Positions 24,376 through 36,712 of a DNA stretch of 64,000 nt are shown in pieces. A program made the position numbers and the translations under genes. The notes below the pieces were generated by a model. That model saw nothing but the letters and a program-made list of their open reading frames with translations, was not told where the DNA came from and ran no database searches. The first letter of the stretch is position 1. Each line of letters opens with the position of its first letter. The stretch comes from Takakia lepidozioides (Eukaryota > Plantae > Bryophyta), in NCBI GenBank assembly GCA_030704615.1, contig CM060731.1:31930001-31994000 (forward strand). The letters are read 5' to 3'.

Positions 24376-26528
24376 CTTGGCGAGTGAGCGAGACTTGTCA
24401 GAAAATGGAGACCCAAATAGAGTGTCCAGAAGTTACACCAGGGCGCAAGCCTACAGCGAGGGAGGTAGAACGAGCAAAGCGTCAAGCGGAGAACAAGGCA
24501 TTCTTCGCGCGGCTCAAGATCTACGACATTGCAAAGAGGTCCGAACTTCCGTTTTTTTCATATCCCCTACCTAGCCCTAGCCATGAAACGGCATTAAAAG
24601 CTCCAAACCTGTAGAGAGGATATGTTAGGGTTTTGCAGCTGCTGACTTTGTCTTTCTTCTTCTTTGCAGCGTCGAAGAGAGCTTGAGTCACCCTAAACTA
24701 TTCTCATGTATGATGACAAGATCCCCTTGTTCAAGGGCAACTTCATTTTCCCACATCAAGCCAAATTTTCCTTGTGTAGACATGAATGTGGTATTTTGCT
24801 GGTTGTTTGCTATGTTTAATATTAATAACATTACTACTGGTCAATGTGGTTAATAATACAAATATTATCCCATGTTTTAAATAAGCTTTTATTTAAATGA
24901 AACAAAACAAATAAAAATTCTAAAATAATAATATATTAAATATTAAATCAAGCAACCAATGGCTTTCGGGGTGCTATCCCATTTATTATAAGAATATCTA
25001 TACAACAACAACAACAACAACAACAATAATAATAATATGACTATTCATTTTAGTATTTGTCAATAAATAATAATTGTTTACTTTTCGTCCAATAGGAACA
25101 GAACAGTGGATGTGACAGTATTCACACTAGTGTCATTGCGTTCACACCACGATTTGAACCTGGTGTTAAATCTGTGTGAGAGAAGCCGTAAGAAGAGCCC
25201 TTAATATCTATTATTTATTTAATAATTCTGATGGACTCTATTACGTGGCATTCCCTTTGACATACATGTGGCAAACATGGTGGCAACGAGGTGTAATAAG
25301 TACCGTAGAAAGACCATTAAGATTACTTAGTCAAAATACTAGTTGAACTGACCAGTCAAAACGGTCGTCAAAATATCCGTCAAAAGAGCCACCTAAACCT
25401 ACAACCACATCAAGTGCGAGTTTGGTGTGAGATGGTTTTTTTCACAGGTCCAAGAAAGTTCACATGTGGTGCAAAGGACTGGGTTAACCCCTAAGCGCCC
25501 ATTCGACCAGTTTTCGGCCGAATGTTTTGGTTTTTCGGCTCTATTTTTCTCGGATTTGAACCGATTAACCTGATTTTTGGAGGGTAGGATGCCAGCCACA
25601 TGGCAGTCAGGATTCCAATGCGCGATTAGGTTTTTTTTTTTTTTTTGGTTAGGGTTGCAATTTTTGGCTGCGCAAGAGGTGGGGTTTGCTTCTGCAGCGA
25701 TTTTTGCTTGCTCCCGCGTTTTGAGCGTCATCTCTCTCCTTCCCGCGCTTTGCCTTGTGCTGTGATCTCGTCTGTTGTGGCGTTCGCGCGTGTTCCATAC
25801 TTTGTTGCAAGTTGCCGTTGCAGATGCCTTGACAGGTTGCCGTTGGTGATCTGCTCCGATTTGCATCTTCCATTATCTCTTTCTCTTTCAGTCGAGGAAA
25901 CTTGGAAATTGTGGGCAAGTGCTAGAGACTGAGCCATAGCTGTGAGAGAGGATGGGCCGACATTGCATTGATACTCAGGGTGCGCATTCAAGGCAGTGTT
26001 CATTGTTTGATATACCTGAGCTAGACTGTGCGCAGTTAGGGCATCGTGTAGCTCATCCTTGTGTTTATCCTTGTGTGCATAGGCAAATTGGTGGAGTAAG
26101 GTTGAAGCTACATAGTATAAGATGGGTTCGGGTGTGTTGCCTTCCCCTGCACCTGCGCATTTGGAGACTCAAGCTGCATCGATTGCCAAGTGGGCACGCT
26201 CACTGGGCGCATCAACCGAGCAAGTCGAGCGGATTGTCGGGTGCCTGAATGAGGACTACCTCTTGTGTTTGAAGAGACCTGCTTGTGTGCATTGGCCTGG
26301 ATTTCCACAGCCCTCCAACTTTCGTTACTTGTTTAGGCGCCATTGCGCAGAGATTTTGGGTTGGGTAGATCGCAAGGAGGAAGGAGACCCCCTTGGGTTC
26401 AGCGCAGAGGTAAACGACATTTTGAGGCTCGAGGTTTGGTCTGACTTCCAGACGTCTTCTGCCAGCCACGATGAGGCTCAAATAGCTGGCCAGGGACAGA
26501 GAATCGTACTGAACCCTCTTTTGATTTC

Positions 26529-28581
26529 ATGAGTGAGGAGATGGGCAATTCGGCCTACTCCTTGCGCAACTCTCAAAATCCTATATGTGATCCTGCTGGT
26601 CACTCCCAAACTATGGAGGACATAGGGATTTTGGGATCCACAGTGAAGGTGGCAGTGGCTGAGCTACACCTTCAGGATGTGGCATCGTCTAGCAATGCCC
26701 ACGAATTTGGATATGGCACTGTGGTAGACAAGACATGGGACATCCTGAATGGTATAGAGAATTATATTGTCTCTTTTTTTGGTGTCCTTGGTGTTCATGT
26801 GGTATCGTCACAGTCCTGTGTTGTGTGTAATCTTGATGATTCAATGTTGTGCACTATCCCTGAGCTCTTGGGGTTGGATTCTGAAGCTGAATTGCCTGAG
26901 GGGGAAGTAGATGATAGTGAACCAGATTCTGATTGTGACTATAATCCAGAAGACGATGACCTTGTTGACATCGACAATCCTGACTTGATGGACTACTGTG
27001 TGGACACGGGGAATCCAACGCGTGAGGTGGGATTATTTGATTTGCCGCCCAATTGGGAGCAGTGGGGTCCTGCCGAGTTGTTTGGTGATGACATGTGGAA
27101 CTCCTCTTCTACTGAATTGCCAGACATTACATGGTTAGGTGGGGATTCGGGTCCTCGTTTGCCTTTTGGAGATTCAGCAAATCCAGTTGTCTTTTTCAAT
27201 TTGTGTTGGCCACAGTCGGTCATGCGCCGAATTTGCAGCATGACCAACTTGTATGCCAGGACAGAAAACCAGAATGGAAACCTGAAAGGAGGTAGATGGT
27301 GGTACCCTATCACCATCCGTGAATTGAAGGCTTAGCTTGCTGTTCACATGCTCATGGGAATCAAAAAATTGCCTAGTACTAGATTGTATTGGAAAGCCAA
27401 CAATGCCTTCTTCAATTGCCCTTCCATCATGCGCATTATGTCCCGCAACCGATGGGAGGCAATTCTGAGGTGCCTCCACCTTGTTGACAACAGGGATGTA
27501 TGCACTATTGACACTGACCCTGCTTTTGATAAGTTAGCTAAAACCAGGTGGTTGCTAGATGCACTAAATGGTTTGTATGCCACCTACATGAGCCCCGAGC
27601 AGAATTTGACTGTGGATGAGCAAATGGTGAAGTACAAGGGCAAATATGCCCGAATCCAGCAATACCTGAGCAAGAAGCCTGTGAAGTGGGGTCTGAAGGT
27701 GTGGTGTTTGTGTGGTGCATGTTCCAAATATGTTCAGAAGTTAGAGGTTTACCTTGGGAAGGATGATGGGAATGATATGACCCATGGCAGTGGATATGGC
27801 GTGGTGACAAGGTTACTAGAAGGATTTGAGGGTAAGGGCCATATTGTAACGATGGATAATTTTTTTAGTAGCCCCATCCTGTTCTATGATTTGGCAGCAA
27901 AACAGATCTATGCTACTGGCACGGTAAAAACCTCCTGAGTGGGCTTTCCTACATGCCTTGATTTGGGGAAGAAGGGTGAGAGAGGTAGGCTGGAATATCG
28001 TGTTCACATAAGTGGCAAAGTAGCCGCTATTGCCTGGATGGATGCCAAGTTGGTGACCATGATTTCCACTGCCATTTCCCCTGTCGGTCCTGATTGCTTC
28101 ATACAAAGATGGCACAAAGGGGCAATACGTGCTGTGCCTACCTCCCCTATTGTGGTTCATTACCAGCAGCATATGCGGGGAGTGGATATTTAGGATCAGC
28201 TACGGGGTTACTACTCTGGTCAGACCAGGGACCATAAATGGTGGCACCGCTTGTACTTTCATGGAGTTGACACTTCTTTGGTGAATGCTTACATATTGTA
28301 CCTGGGTTTTATGAGGGGAAAGGGCCGCATTCTTCTTAGCCACATGCTTTTCAATTTGGAGGTTGCAAAGGGACTAATTGTGGGGTGGGTTCCTCCCAGG
28401 AGAACAGTAATGCCAGGGGCAGATGTGCCCAACCCGGGGTCCGTGCATTTCTCCCTCAAGACTAGTAGGAGGAGGAAGTGTGTTCAGTGCGGTATGCGTC
28501 AAAGGTATTTTTGGTCACGTGTGTGGAGATGTCTATATGTGCCTTGGACGATGCTTTGTCAAGAGCCATAGCCTTATCTGA
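26529..28581 (+). pseudogene. piggyBac transposase (DDD) with C-terminal Cys-rich domain; 3 in-frame stops and one frameshift
   Basis: LTVDEQM..KKPVKWGLK, VTMDNFF, ATGTVK, MRGVDI*DQ, KWWHRL..NAYILY, CVQC...CGDVYMCLGRCF..H. Stops end at 27335, 27938 and 28193; frameshift near 28510. Confidence 0.92.
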
Positions 28582-29026
28582 TTATAGGTACTTCTATGTT
28601 CAGTAATTGATATGGTTGATTTCTTACTGCAGAGACGTGGAGACCTTTGATGCCAAAGAGGGGGTATCCTCCTTACGACACTTTTTCTATGTAGTGGTGT
28701 TCTGTCTTTTTCTAAACACAATGGTGTGTTTGGGGGTTGGTTTGTTGTTGGTAGCCATGAAACATTTGTACTGAGGATCCAGCCATAGAGAGTCGCTTGA
28801 CAGTCCAAGGAGAGGTATGATTTCGTGGTTGTGCAGTATTGGGGTTCACTGAGTCCTGATCTGAATGGTTTGTTTGCTACTCCAGCTTTTTGCCTTAGTG
28901 TTCATGTAGCTCCGAGGTCTTTGCTGCAACAACCCACTCACACAATTCGGCGTGTAAAGGTGGGTTCATCTCTGGTTTTTCTGAGTCTGATTTGATGCTA
29001 GTGCTGGCCACATGTTGGTCTTTCTT

Positions 29027-29403
29027 TGTGTGAGCTGCCAGTTGGGGCAGGCCACTGGGTTCAATTCCCACTCACGCAATGGAATTATCTGTGTTCAGGT
29101 TTGTATGTTGCCTCATTGTGTTGGAATTTTGCTGGCCTTCAAGCTTGTGTGGCTGCCTCATTGTCTCTAAACTTTCGGAGTGTGCAGATTGTGTGGAACT
29201 TGGCCAAAAACCTTCAGCATGGGCTGCCAGTTGGGGCAGCTCCATGGGTTCAAATCCCACCCATGCTTGGCCACTAAGGGTGGGAGATGAAGGTGAGGCT
29301 GTTTTGCATCTCTATATTTTGGGAGCTTGGGCTTGTGTGGAATTCGGCTTCAGCATGGGCTGCCAGCTGGGGCAGCTCTGTGGGTTCAAATCCCACCCAT
29401 GCT
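29027..29403 (+). ncRNA. Three 52-nt tRNA-like structures (29027-29078, 29216-29267, 29352-29403)
   Basis: 7-bp acceptor-like stem, CTGCC/GGCAG arm, and T-arm TGGG-TTCAA(A/T)T-CCCA. Compensatory changes between copies. Not canonical tRNAs. Confidence 0.6.
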
Positions 29404-30105
29404 CTCCCACTATGGATGGGAGATGAAGTACTTGGCTGCTGTGCTTGATTCTGGCCTTTGTCTTCATGTTGCTAGACTCCATTTTGTGTGCCTTAGGCTT
29501 GTGTCGAACTTGGGCAAAAGAATGAGAGCAGGTGGAAGCTGATGTGCACATGCCAGCTGTCTTTGTGCTTCAACAAAACTGCTGCTGCCTATGGCATTTT
29601 GACCCCCCTTACTTTGACTAGTTGTAAATCAGAAAATATGAATCCATTTTTTGCATTCTATGGCTCATCAGAATGCCAATGTGCTGGACAACACCTGTAA
29701 GCAGGATGAGGTCCTGCAGATTTCATCCCGTCATTGAAAATTGCAAATTCCTCCAATTTCCCTTATTGTTTTGGGAGGGGCCCAAAAAATGGGCCCCACA
29801 CTCAACGGTGGCGTTTCTCTGATTTTCGCCTGATTGGCCTGGAAATTTACAGGTGTCTGGAAAGGGTAGGTATGAGCATAATGCCTGGTCAATTTTCCCA
29901 AAAACTTTTTTTTCGCTGAGATATTCTTATTTTTCTGAGCTGGGGTCCATTTTTTTCAAAAAATCAACATTGGGCACTGGGCGCTTAAGGGTTAACCTAA
30001 CACCAAGGGGGGGGGGGGGGGGGGGTGTGGGGGTGTGAACTCGAGCTCTTTTCACACCAAAATGTATGAGAAGAGCCGTTAAAAAAACCGGTTTCTCTAG
30101 TAGTG

Positions 30106-33100
30106 CATTGCTAATTCATATTCCTCAGCCATGTCAAAATCGCCCTCCACTGATTCAGTAGTATGAGAATCATCTTCACCTCGGCGGCTTTTCGGTGGTT
30201 TGATCTTCTTGGGTGTCTCAGGAATCCTGCGTGGCATACAGTGTTTGGCCTACCATGTCCGGAAGCTTAAACTGTACTACTTGCATCAATCGTTTGCAAG
30301 CAAAATGAGTGTACTCCCTGAATTCCTTGTCCGTATAGGTGAGAGGTGTGCCAATGATTTTGGAACAGTGTAAGTATTTCCAGGCTTCATGTCCCTTATA
30401 AAAAATATCATCAAGGCCCAATTTTTCTTTGGTCAAGTTGGTCCAAGCCAAATTAAACCATGAACGAAGTTGGGAATCCTTCTGCAACATGCGCATCATA
30501 CAGATACATATGGGGTGGAACTGAAGGTAAGACCCAATGATCTCCACTGGAATAACTCAAAAATCTTGACTGCATCTTCTGATGCTCAATGTGATAACGT
30601 GCAATGAAACAAGCAGCATAGTATAATCCATAGCCCATGACCAAACTAGATACCTCATTGGTCTTGGTATAGATGTATCCATGAACAACCTGGAAGGCAA
30701 TTAATTCCTTCAGCATGGTGCCTACCTCAGACCAGTACCTTGCAAAATGATGATCCTCAATGGGTCGGTTGTTCGGAAGAACTTTAGTCCGAGTTGCCAC
30801 TGGCAACCAAATGCGCATGATCTGGTAATAATGTGCCAAAAACTGTGGAGGACTGAATTCCTTCCAAGCCAAATCCATCGCAATGGGAATTTGGTTGAAG
30901 GGCATAATCATAGCCCGATTGTACTCAAGTGCAGCAGAAGTCCTAGGGTGGTTAAAAGCAGCATCCCCCCAAACCTCAGACTGTGGCATTGCCATGGTAT
31001 CAACAGTGTCAGCCACTTGCACAACCACCTGCTGTGGGGGCTGTGATATTGCCGCCACTGTCTCTCCTATTGCTGGCAACTCCTACACCTCCTGTGATGA
31101 AGACTGAAAAATCAGAGTCCTGGCATGTAAATAAGTAGCCACCATCTCTTCCTCAGGAACAAAAATTCTTTTATCAATGTTGGAGCTCAAGTCATCTACC
31201 TGAGTCTACAGCCCTTCCACATCATCCTGTAACTCAACTATTCTACTATAGACATTGTCTATAGTGGTTGTGACAATGTTCTGCACCTGCAACCTGAGAT
31301 CATTCATCTCCCCCTGGGTGAGCTTTCTTGGTGCCTTCCCTTCCACCGGCCCTTGTGTTAACCATACTTGCATAAGATGATTATTTACCAAGTCCTGTAT
31401 AACACCCCTGAGAGCCTGAGTCTGTACATATCTAACTGCTGCTGCAAAGCCTCCATGCGCTTCACATGAGGTTCAACCAGGGTTGCATAGGCAGCAGTCA
31501 GATTATTGGCTTCTTTCCAAGCCTTGTTAGCCACATAGAGTTCATTCTTTTGGCCCGTGAGTGTTTGCTGCAACTCCAGGATGTACCTTTCCTTCTCAGC
31601 CTCAATCCGATTGTATTGTTGAAAGGTATCATAATTGCGACAGATAGTAGCTTTCAAATCAGCAATGAGTTTCCTTTGCTCCACTGTCTCAGCCTCCACC
31701 ATCATACACCTCTCGGCTTGTCTGTTAACTTCTAATGCAGTTTGCTGCAGAGCAGTTGTTAGTGTGGCACATTAGATGGTCATTTTCTGATGAACTGCCT
31801 CCAATTCTGTATGAAGCACCTTCACCTCCTGCAATTTTCCCTCATGCTTCACCTGCAACTGGTATAGCTGTTGCTTATGTAATTCATGCAACTTCTCCTG
31901 CTCCAGACCCGCTTCAATTATATTCCCCTTTGCTAGCTGCAGGGCAGCCTTCGTGTCCTCCAATTCTTTCTGCAACTTGAGGTTGGCCTCCACATCCACC
32001 TTGTTTGCACACTCAGTGGCAATTCTAGCCTCAAACTCCTGCTTGAGTTCCTCCCTCAAAGCTGCCAATTGTGTGGATGGAACATGGGATTTCACATAAG
32101 TGCCCAACAAATTGAGTGTCCTGCTTATGGAACTCATAAGCATGGCCTGCTGTGGGTCTTCATGGGAAGCTTATTGATGGTCCCCCTGACTCTCCATAAT
32201 GTGATGTTTCACCAACCATTCAGGCCATGTTCCCACAAGATCTTCTTCCTCAATGACCTCATTTCCCACAGGTGCTGCAGTGCCCTTACATTCTACCCCT
32301 GGAATCTCCTTCACAGGTTCGGGCATGACATGCACAACAGGGATTTCCTTGGTCAAACTCTGCATCTTTGGTACTACTGGTTCTCCAACCATGCTAGAGT
32401 TCTCATAGAGAAGGTCACCCTTCTCAATGTCTGCCACTACCTGCTCTGTAGTGGGAATGTCCAACCCTTCTCCTTCCACAGCATTAGGTTCTGGTGTGAT
32501 AGCATGCACAATGTGAGTTATCCCTGGGGCAACCGAGTCAATCGGCTGTGGTGGCTGTGGTACTGAGGTGACACTTCTTCCTCCCTCTCCAAAGGCCGTG
32601 CTTCCAGCAATAACAACCCCCCGTGCTGGTGCTCCTCATCATGCACAAGCGCTATGGAAACATCATCTCGTGGTTTCCTTGTAGCTAATGGATCTGCCAC
32701 TACAGTCGTATCCCGCTTCTGCCTCTTAGACTGATGCTGCCCCTCCAATCCTCCTTCACCGTGTGAAGAGCCCTGCTCCTCAATTGCAGTGGTTGTTGTC
32801 TCAAATACTCCCATCTCCTTGCGTTCACGCGCATCAAGCAAACAAGAGTCAAGAATAATTTGAGCAATTATTGGGCCAGACACAATGATCGGAGATTTAG
32901 CAGCAGTGCCCTGTAACCACTTCATCTCTTCCACTAGACCATTGTACATCAACTCCGCCCAAGCCACATCCTCTCTCTTCAAGGCTTTCAGTATCTCCTC
33001 CGTGAATGATCGGCTAAAGTAGTGTTGGTTCTGTTTCATGGCAAACAGAACGTTCAGTATTTGGCCAACTTCCCTTAACCCTGGGTACTCAGCCTTGGTG

Positions 33101-36100
33101 CAGGTGTATCCTTGAGTCTTAAATAAACTCGCTTCTTGGAACAAATTCCCTATTTGCAATCTTGCCCTGTGTTCATCCACATTCACATGGCCCGATGACA
33201 ATTCAAACAGTTGCTGCAAGTACTGGGGAGTAATCTCTATATCTACTCCCCTCACCTGTGTAACTCCTATCCGGGGCTCAAAGTTCTGAATGAATTGAAT
33301 CATGTACTTCCGATGATGCAAGGACCATTCCTTGCGTAGCAGCCCTTCCAATCGCAACTCCTTCAGCAGCTGCACTGCCTGTGGTGTAGCAATTGTTTGC
33401 TTCTGCAGAATCGTGGTGCTCTTCACCCTGATATCCTCCATTCCCCTAATTCTCTTCATCCCAGACAAACAAGAAGGCCTTGTTTGAAATAGCTGTAGGA
33501 AAGCTTGTAGGGCATAGAGCAATATAAAGGTATGGTTGGCACAGAAAGGAACGGGTAATTGCGTGTAAGCCTGTGGGGCTTGCAGATAGTGGGTGAAAGA
33601 GAATGTCCTTTCAACCTGTCCATCCTTGCGCCACTGTGTGAGAAGTAAAGCTAGCGTATAGTCTGTAATATCCGCCATAGCTACAAAGCTATAGCTTTGA
33701 TTGCCCCTCCCGTCGAGACGTTGGTTATTCGGAGCCACCCCGACTCTTCCGCTCATAACTCTTCTAATTTCTTGTTCTTGTTTCTTGGAGGGAACCACCT
33801 GCATGAAATTCTCGCTCCTCATTGACTGTTGTCTCCTTGGGTAACTTCTTAATTTTACCCTCATCTGCTCACATTCCCACTTGGAATGTCCACCAGGACA
33901 GCACATGTGGCAAAGGTCCCCATTTGCTGTACGTGTAAAGGGTTCCGTTACCCATTCCATGGATGCATTAATAGGCCCACAATTAATTTCGGCTGTTGTA
34001 CCGGGTAGGTACTTCGATGGCCCAGTTTGTCTTTTTGCATGATGACACCCGCTATTGCAGTTCATGCAATGCGGAGCGCTTTGCCCCTTAGGCCACGTGT
34101 TCGAATTCAAAACTCTTCCGTCGCCCTCTGTCCGTGTGGCTTTTTCTCCGAGTTTGACTCCCAAGCTGACCTTACACTTACCAGCCACTTTTCTGACGTT
34201 AACCCGCATCCACCTGTCACTGATCCTATGGACTGTGCAACCCGCGTGGGCTGTGTTGGGCTGTGATAGGCTGTGTCAAACTGTGACAAGCTGTGATAGG
34301 CTGTGTGATGCTGTGATGGGCTGTGATAGGCTGTATCATACTGTGGTGGCCTGTGATGACTGTGTGAACACCCGTGTTCTACGCTCAGGCCATACACATT
34401 CGGATTTACGACAAGTGCCTCATGCTCCATTGGTATTACCGGTGTAGTCCGTGACTGCTTCTGTGTTTCAATATGCAAATCATGCTGCAATGGTTTATCA
34501 TGGATACCACTGTATCCCTTCAACTTATTGGCATTAACTCTTCCAAGCATCTCTTTGTTAATGGTTTGTAACATGGTTGTGTTGTTATCATACATCTTCT
34601 TTATGACATAAGGTCCTTTCCATGGTGACTTAAGCTTAGAAGCTTTAATCTTCCCCTTCTTCTGCAACCACAGAACCAAATCACCCGTCTTAAAAGTTTT
34701 CAATTTACCTTCATCAAATTGATCCTTCATCTTCATCTGAATTCTGGTCATGTTATCTGCTGCATCAGCACGTCCTTCTTCCACATAATATAATTCATGT
34801 TTCCTGATTTTAATTGAATCCTCCAATTCCATTCTCCTTCCCCATTCAGTTCTCATGGTAGGTAACAAGAATTCCACTGGAAGTAAAGCTTCCATACCAT
34901 AAACTAATTGGAATGGTGTATACTTAGTGGTGACTTTATATGAAGTCCTGTATGACCACAAAGCTGTCAGCAGTTTTGTACCCCAATCTGTTTTGTTTAC
35001 ATTGACTATCTTAGCCAAAATAGTGCATAGTATTTTGTTGGTGGCCTCTGCCTGCCCATTACCCTGTGGGTAATAGGTTGTACTCTTCCTGTGTACAATC
35101 ATGAACTCTTTAGTCAATAATTCTATGGTCTCATTAATGAAGTGACTTCCCTGGTCACTGATAAATTCCAGGGGACAGCCAAATCTTGTAAGTATGTTCT
35201 CATACAGGAACCTTGCTGTAGATTTAGTTGTGTTGTCCCTCAGAGCCTTAGCTTCCACCCACTTTGTAGTATAATCAGTGGCTATGATTATATACTTGTT
35301 CTGTGTATTTATGGCTAGTGGGTTTATTGGTCCAACAAAGTCTAGTCCCTATTTTTGAAATAGTTCAGTAGGCATCGTAGGATGCAAAGCCATCTTCCGA
35401 GATCTTTGCAAAGGTCCTAGCTTCTGGCACTCATCACAACTCTTGCAATACTTGTGTACATCCTTGAACAAAGTAGGCCACCAGCAACCTACAAGTAATA
35501 TCTTTCTACTGGTAGTCTCCTCTCCAAAATGACCTCCAGCCACTCCTTTATGAACTTCTTCCAAAACTTTATTTATTTCATGGTGGTACAAGCATCGTTT
35601 AAGAACTCCATCAGGTCCTAGCTTATACAATCTGCCACCTATCATAGTGTAAGGTAAAGCCTTGATAGCTATTCTCTTCCTCTGTTCCTTCCCATAACTG
35701 GGTGGGCACTGACCATGAGTAACGTAGTATTCGATTGGCCACTGCCAATCTAACCATTCATCTGCACTTCCTTGCACCTCCACTGCAAATAAACTCGCAT
35801 CAGGTAGTTGGTCGTCCACTCCCGTGGCGGGCTCTCCTGTTGATAGGCATGACAAGTGATCTGCCACAAGCAACTTCGTATTCAAACTCGTGCAAGATTA
35901 TTAACCATCTTGCTATCCTACCACTTATCAAAAGCTTGTTCACCAGATAAATCAAAGCCTGATGATCCACATAAAACATAAACTTCATCCCCAATAGGTA
36001 ATGCCTGAATTTCTTGACTGCATAAATCATTGCCAATGTTTCTCTTTCAGTGGTGCTATAGTTCCTTTCAGCACTGTTCAACAACCTGCTAGCATAGTAC

Positions 36101-36712
36101 ACAGGTGAATCTATGTTTCCTGTGATATTTTGGGCTAACACAGCTCCCAATGCTTCTCCTGAGGCATCACAGTGCACATGAAATACTACATGCCAGTGAG
36201 GGTTAATCAGCACAGGTGTAGTTATTACTGACAATGTAAGTTCCTCAAAAGCCTATTGACATTCAGCTGTCCATGTAAACACTACATCCTTCTTCAAAAG
36301 CTTGCTCAATAGAGCTGTCATCTGTGCATATCGTTTAACAAACCTTCTATAATAAGTAGTTTGTCCAAGGAACCTCATTAAACCCTTCACGTTACTTGGT
36401 GGTGGTGAGGCTTTAATAGCCTCTGTCTTTCTAGGATCCACAAGCAGTCCCTTCTTAATGTGTCCCAGTAGTACCCCTGAAATCACACAAAAAGTACACT
36501 TTTCCGGATTCTGTCCAAGACCTCTCATCCTGTATCTGGCCAAACATAACTCCAACTTCTGCAAGTACTCATTCTTAGAGCTGTACACAGTGAAGTCATT
36601 TTAAAACATTTGCATGAAATCATCCAGATACTCATGGAAGGATTCACTTATCACCCTCTGAAAAGTTGCTGGTGCATTACAAAGTCCAAAAGGCATGACT
36701 TTGTATGCATAT
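30106..36712 (-). mobile_element. Non-chromovirus Ty3/gypsy family B, copy 1 (RT C-terminal half, RNase H, integrase, long 3' extra ORF); degenerate
   Basis: HCDASG, YASR..ERNYSTTE, GGHFG..CKSCDEC, ISDQGSHF, NGQAE. Cut by the CACTA end at 30105 and by the LTR at 36713. Confidence 0.9.
30120..33460 (-). pseudogene. Long sense-strand extra ORF downstream of pol (N-terminal plant-retrotransposon accessory domain, central coiled coil)
   Basis: Chain of ORFs 32518..34209, 32171..32509, 31772..32143, 31385..31705, 30453..31079 and 30218..30547. VRGVDIEITPQYLQQLFEL and VAWAELMYNGLVEEM motifs. Diverged homolog at 53938-54702. Confidence 0.65.

Larger units (their letters stand above)
25488..29991 (+). 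mobile_element. piggyBac-superfamily DNA transposon, 4504 bp, both ends intact
   Basis: TTAA at 25484-25487 and 29992-29995. Terminal inverted repeats CCCCTAAGCGCCCA and CCCTTAAGCGCCCA (13/14). Empty site GGTTAACCTAACACC at 22802-22816. Confidence 0.95.
22898..30105. mobile_element. CACTA copy 2 (internal deletion at ~24697/24698; contains piggyBac; transposase cut by copy 1)
   Basis: Right terminus CCGGTTTCTCTAGTAGTG at 30105. 24698-25487 plus 29996-30105 duplicates 22051-22897. Confidence 0.85.

Noticed and set aside
29027-29403. Genuine tRNA genes or a CRISPR array
   Set aside because: Units are 52 nt with only one central arm and no D-arm/anticodon pair. Spacers are unequal and partly repeated, there are no cas genes, and the context is eukaryotic.
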